A stretch of DNA of 64,000 bases from the human T2T-CHM13v2.0 reference genome, Homo sapiens. The position numbers and the translations under genes are program-made. The DNA is taken from NCBI RefSeq assembly GCF_009914755.1, contig NC_060947.1; one strand, 5' to 3'. This document shows, piece by piece, positions 15,000-29,409 of this stretch (position 1 is the first letter of the stretch; the number at the start of each line of letters is the position of its first letter). The notes under the pieces were generated by a model that saw nothing but the letters and a program-made list of their open reading frames with translations, ran no database searches and was not told where the DNA came from.

Positions 15000-15800
15000 G
15001 CAATTATGAACAATAGAAGTGAAAAGGGATCTGTTGTATGCATTCATAGGGTATACTTTTATTTGTGAGGGATTTCACAGCCTGCCTTATACACAGATAA
15101 CTTTATGCTGTGATATATGGAAAATGAAGGCCCAATATAGGTGAGAAATTTTAATGGTACATATGTTGCCACATAATCAGTCAGAAACAGAACATTGGTC
15201 CACTCCCCTTAACCAATTGTCATGGGTTAAACAGAACATTGCCATGAGATCCAAACTCTTCTGAAGGGCATCATTTGTTTGGTCCTTTTTTCATGGTTTG
15301 GAGTAAAATGAGGCAATATTTAGAAATTCATCCCTTATGATAGGTTCTATAGCAAATTCTACTGTAAGGGCTATGGTTACATAGCAGACTTAAATTATCT
15401 TGTGAAAGTTAAGCTCAATAATTGAATTGCTGTAGGTTACTTACTGGCTAAACAGAGAAGTAGTTTTGCAGCTGTTGGCAATTGTTGGTCATGGAGAAAT
15501 ACATCATATCAGGTATTACATAGATTCAGGTGTAGGGAACTAAAGACAAGACTGCTTATTTAAAAGAAGACTCTTTATCTAGATCATTCTTTGATCTATT
15601 TGATTTTAGTTGGTTTGGTTTATGGAGATACTGGCTAATGAGCATATTCCAAACTCTTTTTATTATCCTCATGATGTTCATAATAGTATTCTCCCTGGTG
15701 TACTGTATTCTCTCAAAAATGTTAAATGCATGCATGCAGCCCTATTTAGAATGTCAAATGGTCTCTCTTCAACTAGAATGACAAGAGCTAAAATAAATGT
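15000..15800 (+). pseudogene. env: Degenerate retroviral env relic within the MER57 internal region
   Basis: 15414-15470 translates LNN*IAVGYLLAKQRSSFA, resembling the TM immunosuppressive domain (LQNRxALDYLLA). Hydrophobic codons near 15650-15710; many stops. Confidence 0.65.
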
Positions 15801-16326
15801 GTGACCATGAAGGCACCATAACCTCTGAATGATGTGCTGAGACTGGAAACCCTAAGTGATGGTAACTGAGAGTGGCACTAAGGCCCTAAGTTTTGGTCAC
15901 ATTCTCACCTAAATGAGAACCTGACCAAAAGGGTGGAATTTTTAAACAAATTATAAGAGGCCATTGTTTTGGACTGAGCTCATGCACCAGGCCCCAACAG
16001 ACCAGACCAAACCAAAATGGAGTCACTCATACTAAATGTGGCATAATCAAACTAAGACTTTAAGGAAACACATAGATCCTAGGAGAGACCAGGTTGTTTT
16101 TCCTCCTGTAAACAGGACATTCCAGCATAAGGAGGTATCTTCTACTCTAACCCTTTCAAAAAGAAATTAACCTGAAGTTCTTGTTTCTGCCTTACAAAAC
16201 CAACTCTCCTGCTCTTTCCCAGTGCGTTTAAAGACTAAATAAGTACATTTACGATGCTGATACTGACATCAATGATTAAAGTTTTGATCAGTCTCAAAAT
16301 TGAGAGGATGACGAAAAAGGGGGAAT

Positions 16327-16723
16327 TGCTAAATCAAGTTTAGCCTAAAGCTGTCTCCTTACATATTTTAAGTTCAGCCCAAAGGTTTCTATGTACATCA
16401 TGAACTATAACCTAGAAGGGATTATAAACATACGTTAGCCTACTCTTGTGCCAATCACCAAGCTTTAAACAATCGTATGTGGCCAAATGTTCAAACCATG
16501 TTCATATAAGGCACACACAGAACCATAACCAATCTGAAAGTTTCCATACCCCACTTCCATTTTGTGTACGTTGCTTTCCTTTTTCTGTCTATAAATCTTC
16601 CACCAAGTGGCTGTGCTGGAGTTGCTGAGCCTACTCTGGCTTAAAAGACTGCCCGATTTGTGAATCATTCTTTGCTCAATTAAACTCTTTTAAATTTAAT
16701 TTGGCTAGTTTCCTTTTTGAACA
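16327..16723 (+). mobile_element. 3' LTR of the MER57-type provirus
   Basis: Follows the polypurine tract AAAAAGGGGGAA; diverged direct repeat of 9533-9949; ends in CA. Confidence 0.9.
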
Positions 16724-17220
16724 GTTTTAACATTCTAATTTGTCTTCCTATTCTAATGTCATACACAAATTATAGAATTCATCAATATTCTCCTTAAGAG
16801 CTTCTGTACATTATTAATAAAAGAGATGTTTGTGACATGATATTGGCAAGTATATTCTAGGTACATAAGGACCTGAAATCAGCACCATCTATGTGAAGTG
16901 AGGTTCTTCAATCAGTTTAATATCAACCAAATATTATCATTTAGCTCAGATCTTTCCATCTTTTCCAGAAAGACACATTAAAACTGACAAAATGCAAACA
17001 TACTATACCATTTCCCTGATGTGTAAGTCTAGAAGCCCAGTCAAAAAATAAAGTTGTTGACTAGTGTTACAAAATTAGTAAATTGTTATACTGTTACAAA
17101 CTGTAAAAGAGTCAACAATTTAATGGTTCATCTTGTAATTGTACTAAAATCAGGAAAGATGTCACCAAAACTCCCTTCCCTTTTCATGAAAATTAGGGAA
17201 ATGGTTTTCTACATTCAGCA

Positions 17221-17468
17221 TTGACTGACATGATCACAAGGTGAAGTCCCACAGCAGGCCATCTGCAAGCTGAGGAGCAAAGAAGCCAGTTAGAGTCTCA
17301 AAACCTCAAAAGTAGGGAAGCCTTCAGTTTGTGGCTGAAAGCCCAAGAGCCATTGGCAAACCACTAGTGTAGGCCCAAGAGCCCCAAAGCTGAAGAACTT
17401 GGAGTCTGATGTTCAAGGTCAGGAAGCATCCAGCACAGGAGAAAGATGGAGGCCAAAAGACTTAGCCA
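17221..17468 (-). mobile_element. Partial 3' LTR (MLT2A) of HERV-L
   Basis: Direct repeat of ~20759-21018 ('ttgact..catgatcacaaggtgaagt' to 'cttagcca'); both LTR ends are missing. Confidence 0.88.
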
Positions 17469-20681
<3,213 letters not shown>

Positions 20682-21213
20682 TCTATTAGTCAGGGTTCTC
20701 TAGAGGGACAAAACTAATAGGATAGATGTATATATGAAAGGGAGTTTATTAAGGAGTATTGACTCACATGATCACAAGGTGAAGTTCCACAACAGGTCGT
20801 CTTCAAGCTGAGGAGCAAGGAAGCCAATCTGAGTCCCAAAACCTGAAAAGCAGGGAAGCCAACAGTGCAGCCTTTAGTCTGTGGCCAAAGGCCCAAGAGC
20901 CCCTGGCAAACCACTGGTGTATGTCTAAGAGTCCAAAAGCCAAAGAACATGGAGTCTGATGTTCGAGAGCAGGAAGCATCCAGCACTGGAGAAAGATAGA
21001 GTTCAGAAAGCTTAACCAGTCTTCTCTTTTCATGCCTGCTTTTATGCTGACAGCTGATTAGATGGTGCCCACCCAGATTGAGGGTGGGTCTGCCTTTTCC
21101 AGTCCACTGACTCAAATGTTAACCTCCTTTGGCAACACACTCATAGACACACCCAGGAACAATACCTTGCATCCATCAATCCAATCAAGATGAAACTCAA
21201 TATTAACCATTCA
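20682..21213 (-). mobile_element. 5' LTR of HERV-L (MLT2A2-like, ~530 bp)
   Basis: 'tattagtcagggttctctagagggac' to 'caatattaaccat'. Length and the 'cctggcaaaccactggtg' block fit MLT2A2 better than MLT2A1. Confidence 0.9.
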
Positions 21214-21835
21214 ATGCTTTATATCATTCTTTTCTCTGACTGCTTCAGCTAGGACCTCTAATACTATGTTAAATAATAGTAGGTGACATTGGATATCCTG
21301 GTTTTGTTCTAGATCTTTGGGAAAAGGCTTTCTGTTCTCCCTATTCATTATGAGACTAGCTGTGTGTCTGTCCTATACGGCTTTTATCATGTTATGTTTC
21401 CTCTATACCCTATTTTTTAGGTTTTTATCATGAAGTAATGTTTCACTTTATTGAATGCTTTTCCAGCATCAATTGAAATACTGATTTTAATCCTTCAATC
21501 TGTTGATATGATGCATCACATTGATTAATTTGCATATGTTGAACCATCCTTGCATCCCAGGGATAAATCCTACTTGGTAATGGTGAATAAGCTTTCTAAT
21601 ATACAGTTAGCTAGTATTTTATGGAAGATTTTTGCATCAGTATTTATCAGAGATATTGGCCTGTAGTTTTTTTTTTCTATCTCTTTGTCTGATTTTGCTA
21701 ACAGGGTAATATTGGCCTCATAGAATGTTTAAAAATTTTCCTCATCCTCTATTTTTTGGAAAAGTTTGAATTGGGTTGTTATTAGTTATTCTTTAAAAGT
21801 TTGGTAGAATTCAGCAGTGAAGCCATCAGGTCCAG
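21214..21835 (-). mobile_element. L1M ORF2 fragment
   Basis: Antisense RT-region sequence 'gaaccatccttgcatcccagggataaatcc', 'gaattcagcagtgaagccatc'. Confidence 0.85.
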
Positions 21836-21977
21836 GGGGTTTCACCATGTTGCCCAAGCTGGTCTGGAACTCCTGGATTTAAGCAATCCACCCACTTCAG
21901 CCTCACAAAGTGCTAGGATTACAGGCATGAGCCACCAAAATGCTGGGATTACAGGCATGAGCAACTGCACCCAGCCT
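21836..21977 (-). mobile_element. Alu left-arm fragment (AluJ/FLAM-like) with an internal ~29-bp tandem duplication
   Basis: 'aaagtgctaggattacaggcatgagccacc' followed by 'aaaatgctgggattacaggcatgagcaact'. Confidence 0.85.
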
Positions 21978-23194
21978 GAAGTTTCAATCAAGCAAAACTG
22001 CTTCCTTGAAGATTATTCTGAGAAATACTTGACCCTTAGTCATTTTCCTGTATTGGGAAAGCAATGTGTTTTTAAACTACTCTTGAGTAATAAACATCAC
22101 TTTGCAGGGCCAAAACAAAGATCATAGATAGAAAAAGAAAGTTTTTCCAATTTAGCTTTTAAGAGACATTTTGGTGAAAGAGTATTCAAAACAGCCTATT
22201 TCTATTCATTCTGGACAAATTTAAAGCACAAATTTGAAAAGCATATTTTTGTTGTTTACTTATTAGAATGAAAGCATGAGCGATTGGAACAAAGTTTGGT
22301 CATGTGATATTGGGAAAGCTGACATACTAGAAAATAAAAAGTAGGAAATGCCTCAAACATAATTAGCCAGATAAGTTCGACAGAGACCTCTGCAGCTATA
22401 AAGAGGTGGACTGAATTCAATAAGAAAGTTGTGAAGGAATACACAAGTAATTGTTGCTTTAAGTAATATATTTCCCTTTTCTTTTAAATGTTTTATTCTG
22501 GCATCTCTCCTGTGGTCTCAGGGTTCTTTGGAATGGCTTGGATATGGGGTAGAGGTGCAGAGTAAAAAGGGAGAATGAAGGAAAACCACCGCATGCAGGA
22601 TTTATTATAATTTAAAATTGTATGATGCTTTAGAACAATTGAGCTATAAATTCATACAGTTCTTTTAGTGCATTTCAGGAGGAAGAATACCCAATTTCCC
22701 TGATGTATATTTTAAATATATTTGTTTCACCATAATACACATGGCAAGTATGCTGAATGGGTGAAGATTAGTTAACATCAGAATGAAACTTCAAAGGAAG
22801 CTTTGTATCTTCCATATTTGTTCATGAACTAATTTTGCACACTCCTCCCCACCTTACTCTTAATGGTTTACTTTTTTGTGCTTTTATCTATTTTTACAAA
22901 GTGTCAACTAGGGAGCTGCTGATTGAATCAGTTGCTTTTCAATTAGTCACTCTCTGAGATTTGCTACATTCAACTAATTACAAAGTATCCTTCAGAAAGT
23001 CCCTTAAGAAAGAAATTAGGTATTATTTCCTTTCTAAATAGAGAATGGTCTTTGGTGTACTTAACCGCAAAGTGAATTTTACAAAGAAAATTACACATAT
23101 TTGCTAGTTATCTGAATGCACTTTTTAACATCAGAGGACTAATACAGTTCTGGAGTTTTAAATGACACAAAGAAAGTCTTTCAATATACACCTA

Positions 23195-23307
23195 TAAGGT
23201 GACCAGGTGTCTTGGTTTTCTCAGGGCTGTCCCAGTTTTAGAACTGGAAGTCCTTCATTACAGGAAACTCCTGAGTCTGGGGAAAACCTGGATAGTTGGT
23301 TATCTCA
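23195..23307. mobile_element. MER81-like hAT (Blackjack) MITE
   Basis: Decayed terminal inverted repeats 'taaggtgacca' / 'ttggttatctca'; core 'gggctgtcccagttttagaactggaagtcc'; ~113 bp. Confidence 0.75.
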
Positions 23308-23471
23308 TTGTATGGCTAAAATGGAGAGATGTGGACTGAATGGCAGTGCAGACACATAGATTCAGAATTCATAGAACATATTCAATGACTGTCGTGATGC
23401 AGCATTTTACCTTTTTATCAATTTCTTGGATGTATATACTGTGTACATACTGATCAAAGATACATGTAGTT

Positions 23472-23804
23472 GACTGGTATTGGTGGCTCACGTCTGTAAT
23501 CCTGGCACTTTGGGAGGCCAAGGCAGGAGAATTACATGAGCTCAGGTCTTGGAGACCAGCCTGGGCAAAATAGCAAGACCCACCCCCCACCACTCCCCAC
23601 CCACAGCCTCTACAAAAAACTTAAAGAAAAAATAGCCAGGCATGGTGGTGCATGCCTGTGATCCCAGCTACTCAGGAGGCTGAGGCAGGAGAATCATTTG
23701 AGCCTGGGAGACTGGGGCTGCATTGAGCTGAGATCCTGCCACTGAACTCCACCCTGAGCAACACAGCAAGACCCTGTCTGGGGAAAAAAAAAAAAAAAAA
23801 AAAA
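23472..23804 (+). mobile_element. AluJ with a C-rich expansion
   Basis: Full Alu with poly(A); imperfect TSD tacatgtagt/tacatgcagt; 'cccacccccaccactccccacccac' near 23578-23605. Confidence 0.9.
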
Positions 23805-24321
23805 GTACATGCAGTATACATATTGAAGGGAGACGGAAATAAAGCTAAAATTAACAGGTAAAATGTTAGATCAAGATCCCAAAATATTTACCTTTGCTCC
23901 CGCTGTTAGTACTTTGTAATAAAACTTCTAGATAAAATTTAAAACTTTTATAAAAAAGTTACACAATTGGATTTGTGATAAATGTGTCACAGGTTAAGAA
24001 TAAACTGATCACTTACACTCAGAAATGCTCTCACTTGTCTAGTGAAATAGTGGAGTGGCCTTGAGTTCCATTTGCGTGAGGCATTGGCCCATCTGGAAGG
24101 CATCATAAAGGAAGAGTTAGGGCACCAAGCTTAAATCAGTTACAAAGCCTTAGTTTTCAGAAATAATATGTGTTTCTGAGAATAGAATAGTGTTTGTTAA
24201 TTGAATTTGTTTTTCACTTAGTGTTATATTTGCCTAAATCCTATGAAGAGCTGGTAGTTTGGGAGAAGAGACTGTTAAGTAAAATTTGCAAACAATATTT
24301 CACTAAAGCACATGATAAAGG

Positions 24322-24395
24322 AAAGACTGCAAACTGGTAGCTGTCAGTGCAAATATAGCCCACAGATACATTTTGTTTGGCTCACTTGTTTTTAC
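24322..24395. mobile_element. hAT-Charlie (MER102-like) terminal fragment
   Basis: 'gcaaactggtagc..gcccacagatacattttgtttggctcac'. Confidence 0.45.
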
Positions 24396-24411
24396 AAATT
24401 GATTAAATAAA

Positions 24412-24722
24412 TCACAGGAAGCCTTGTGGTTGATGGGACAGTTCTGTATCTTGATCATGTGGTAGTTACAGAAATGTACACACGTGAAAAAAATTACATT
24501 GAATCACACACAGGCAAAGGAGTGCACGTAAAGCTAATGAAATATAAATAAGCTTTACAGATTTTCCTGGTTGTGTCAATTTCCTAGTTTTAGTATTGTA
24601 TTATAGTCATGCAAAATGTTACCATTGAAGGAAACATGTCCTATATACCATAAGACCTCCCTGCACATATTTTGTAACTTCCTATCAATGTATAATTATT
24701 TCAAAATTTTTAAAAAGTTAAA
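24412..24722 (+). mobile_element. L1MC4-like 3'UTR
   Basis: 'gttctgtatcttgat..gtcaatttcctagtttt..atgttaccattg..taattatttcaaaa'. Confidence 0.75.
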
Positions 24723-25459
24723 CGCCATGTTTCAGAAAAAAATAATTGACATAGTAATTGCTGTACAATTTTCACACCTCATTATTAGATTTTATATTCT
24801 ATAAGCCTCTCAGCCCCCAACAAAGCTCTACAATGAGAATTGAACAAACCACTATATAAGCAAAGAAACAAAATACACAAAATCTTAACTATTAATTTCA
24901 AAATCCACTGGTCTGAGAGAAAAAGGACAATATGCATATTTACAGAATATATTCTACTCCCTGAAGATTAAATAATAAACACCAAAAACTTGAAAAGGAG
25001 TGGGAGGATCACATGGATAAAAATAATCTGAGACCAAGAAAGAATAAGCTTCAACTAACCAAGTGATTTTAATGGCCCTCCTCAGGATGCCACATAGAAA
25101 TGGAATCAGAGCCCTGTTATCTTTTTTTGTTACTATCTGTTAAAAACCCATAACAGTGTGATCTAACTAGGAGTTATGTTCCTTTTTTCTTCAAAACTCT
25201 GCTTAATCCCCTGCCTTTCAAATGCACTATCCTGTGTTGATAACAGCTGTTTCCACTGCCTGGGGCACCATAAACCCTGTAGAATGGAGATATCCTTAAC
25301 TCCTCAAAAGGTGTTGGTGATACAAAGAGAAAGGAAAACATTCAGATCCCTCAAGCCGGCCCTTGTCAAGTATATCCAGAATAAAACCCAAGAGGGATTC
25401 TCTGAAGTCCCATTACAATGCTGCAACATACCAAACCTATTACAGCTAAGATTGAAAAA

Positions 25460-26160
<701 letters not shown>

Positions 26161-26544
26161 TGAAGTTAATGGTATCTATTCAAGTCCAACTTCCAGAGAA
26201 GACAAAACATAACCACAACCCTATATCATTTTGATAATTTAGATGCCAACTCCCAGCAGAACCAGAGAGACAGTCCCAACTTCCCATCTCATTTTATCCA
26301 GTGTTGCAGTGGGTCAAATGCCCAGGATGAAATAATTTTCTTCAGCCATATTTAGTTCTTTTCAGACCTAGTATTTTTATTTTTTACTATATGTAGCCAG
26401 GAACCAGTTTCTTCACCTAATCCTATGTTGAGTCAACCAGTCTGAACTAAGATTGTTTTCCTGAAAATATTTCACTACATGTATATTTGCAGATTGTAAA
26501 AATAGAATTAGGTAACATTTAAAGAAAGAAAGATTTTTTGCTTA

Positions 26545-27010
26545 TTATTCAGATTAGAAAGTAAAACTATCTCTATTTGCAAATGACTATATCTTATGAA
26601 AAATCCTAATACAATAAAAATCATAATAAATTGAACAAAGTTGCAGGACACCAGATCAATTTACAAAAATCAACTGTATTTCTATGTAGTTGCAAAGAAC
26701 AATTCAGAAATAAAAACAATTCCATTTAAAACAGAATCAAAACAATGAAATACTTAGGAATACTTGACTTACCCAAGTAAGAAACACAAAACTTGTACTA
26801 TGAAAACTACGAAACAGTGTTTAAAGAAATTCATAATAAATGAATAAAAGGAGCGACATCTAATGTTGATGGATTAAAAAACTTAACGTTAAGATGCCAA
26901 TACTCTCTCACAAGTCCCTATTATCATACAAAATTAATACCAAATGAACCACAGGGTTAAATGTAAAAGCTAAATACAGAAACTCAGAAGAAAATCCACG
27001 TTCATGAATA
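26545..27010 (+). mobile_element. Old L1M ORF2 fragments
   Basis: 'gtaaaactatctctatttgcaaatgac', 'caaagttgcaggacaccagatcaat'. Confidence 0.75.
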
Positions 27011-27013
27011 TTT

Positions 27014-27734
27014 TGTTAGAAGTGAAAAAGATCCGAGTTACCCGGAGTTACCTGTGGCAAATCCGTACGCACTCACAGCAACTTCAGTCCTTGCCTTCTC
27101 AGAGGAAAGAATTTGACTGAAAGGCATGAAGCAAAAAAAAAAAAAAAGAAGAAAGAAAGAAAGAAAGGGAGAGACTGAGGCAAGTTACAGAGCAGGAGTG
27201 GAAGTTTATTTTTAAAACCCTTAGAAAAAAAGGAAAGAAAAGAAGGTGCACTTGGAAGAGAACCAAGCAAGCACATAAGGTTAGAGAGAGGTCAAGTGCC
27301 CCATTTAACTGTGATCCCAGGACTTTTATAAGCTCACCTCTTTCCCATGATTCTTCCCTTAGGGTGGGCTGCCTACATGCGCAGAGCCCTCCTTACCCTT
27401 TGGAAGTGAGCACACACAGTGTGTTTAGGGAGTTATATGTATGACCATCAGAGGCTTTCTTCCTTTTTCCAGTGGTATGAACCCGGAAGATCATTCTTTG
27501 CCATTTTTGTCTCTTAATATGCAAGCTCAGGAATTTGCTTCTCCCTGGGGCCTGCATTCAATTATCATTTTGGTGTTAACAGGTGTGGACCATCAGGAAC
27601 TGGCCTCTCCCTGGCGTTGCTAAACTTTCATTTTTAGAGAGGCAAGCTGATAATTGCTGAAACATCACCCCACATTCTAGTGGGTTGGGGGAGAGCCCTC
27701 TCCTGCCCCTGCTCATGCCTAACTACCTGTAACA
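27014..27734 (-). mobile_element. Solo LTR, MER50-type (ERV1)
   Basis: The minus strand starts 'tgttacaggtagttaggcatgagcagggg'; TG/CA termini; perfect 4-bp TSD ATTT (27010-27013, 27735-27738). Confidence 0.88.
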
Positions 27735-27818
27735 ATTTGATCTTAAATTTTCTTCTATGAGTTTTATACTTTTATACTTTCGTCCTTAGTTTTGGACCCA
27801 AGATCCACTTGGAGTTAA

Positions 27819-28239
27819 TGAAACTATCTTTACAAGGTTAACAAGAATTACATGCCAGGTTCTGGGCAGAAATATATTTATAATTAAGCATTAATTAGGT
27901 ATGGATGAAAAGAGTCCAAATCTTTAAAATATTTGAAGAGATTTATTCTGAGCCAAATATGAGTGACCAATGGCCTAAGGCACAGTTTCAAGAGTTTCCC
28001 CAGAAGGTCGTACTTCACTATTTTGTTTCTTAATGTGCATGGCCAGGTTGCTCCCCGCTGGCGTCTACATTCAATTAACACTTTGATGTTAACAGCTGTG
28101 GGTCATCAGGAGATTGGCTCTTCCTGGAGCCCTGGCTCTGGCTGTATGATAATTGTTGAACCATCATCTGACATTCCTAGTGGGTAAGGGAGAAGAGCCT
28201 TCTCCTGTTCAGCTCATGCCCATCTAACTACCTGTAACA
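27819..28239. mobile_element. Mosaic of three ERV1 LTR fragments: LTR 5' start (+), MER4-type 3' end (-), MER50-type 5' part (-)
   Basis: 'tgaaactatctttacaagg' (27819-27899); 'aaatatttgaagagatttattctgagccaaatatgagtgacca' (27900-27995); 27996-28239 is homologous to 27470-27734. Confidence 0.7.
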
Positions 28240-28242
28240 TAC

Positions 28243-29400
28243 CGAATTTATCTTTTAATCATTATACACTCACTTTCTTTGTCTTTATTGTTTTTAAGTT
28301 TGTTTTGTCTAAGTCTTGCTACTCCTCCTCACTTTTGGTTTTCATTTGTGTGGAATGCCTTTTTCCATGCCTTTACTGTGATTCTCTATGTAGCTTGGTT
28401 GCTGATATTGGCAACAGTGCATCAAGCATGTGGGTAGGTGGGTTTTCTGGCTCCTGGAAGTGGGTGTGATGTGGACAATGGCTGAAGCAGTGGTGAGGCA
28501 ACCCACCGGACCCAAAGCAATTCATGCTGGTGTTGGCAGTGGCTGTGAAAGGCTGGGTGAGCCATTCTTCTGGCTCACAGGTGGCTTATGTGGGTGGGCA
28601 CTAGCTGTTGTGGTATTGGCAGTTTTGGTAGGCCTGACCTCAGACCTTTGAAGGAATGTTCAGATGTCAATGGTGGTGGGCTTGGCTGTGTGATCCCCAG
28701 GTTCCTGCCCAGAGTCCACAAATGCTGAGGGAATGGGATTGGGCTGGTAGACTTATGCTCAGCTCATCTGGTAGTGTGTTCATGTGCTGGCTATGATAGG
28801 CAGAGGTGAAGATGTCCCCAGGTCACTGGCAGAATGCTCAGGTGGGGCCAGTGGTGACTACACTGTGAGCCTGCCTCCAGGGAGTATGAGGTCACTATCA
28901 GTGGGAGCAGCATAGGCAGGCAGCTATGGAGCTCAGTTTGCTCATGTCTTGTTTCTGTAGGTGCTTGAAGCCACTGGCAGCAGCAGAAGCAGGGGCATAT
29001 TTGTCTTTAAGGCATGTGAAAGTGCTCAGCCTCCCCTTTTCCTCCTTGGCCTAGTGGCATCTGTGGCATTGGCCCCAGGTCAGGACATAGTCCTTTGTGG
29101 CTATGCTTTCAGACTGGCACTGGCTGCAGGCCACTCAACAGAGAGGGTGGGACCATTCTCAGTGCAAGCTTCATAGACAGGCAGCTGTGAGATATGCGGG
29201 TTTCTCACATCTCAGTCCCACAATAGCCTGCCTATCATCTTTCTCCTTTTTTGCTTTTGGTGCCTTCTATCACTTCTCTATTGAATTTCAGTGTTCTCTC
29301 TTACATGACCGATTAGAAGTGTGAATAATTGCTTGCTGTGTTGGTTCCTCTCTATGGAAGGGTCACATACTAGCTGCATTTAGTTAACTATCTTGCCTTT
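28243..29400 (-). mobile_element. L1M 5' portion (5'UTR plus ORF2 start; ORF1 deleted)
   Basis: Antisense ORF2 start 'ttttggttttcatttgtgtggaatg', GC-rich UTR, and the L1 5' terminus 'ggcaagatagttaactaaatgcagctag' on the minus strand. Confidence 0.7.
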
Positions 29401-29409
29401 TCCTCAAAA

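Noticed and set aside
22267-22446. Possible 180-nt exon (ttattag|...acaa|gtaatt)
   Set aside because: All three frames contain stops and the donor is weak; no evidence beyond the dinucleotides.
28390-29260. GC-richer segment as a CpG-island promoter
   Set aside because: CpG-depleted and contiguous with an old L1 5'UTR.
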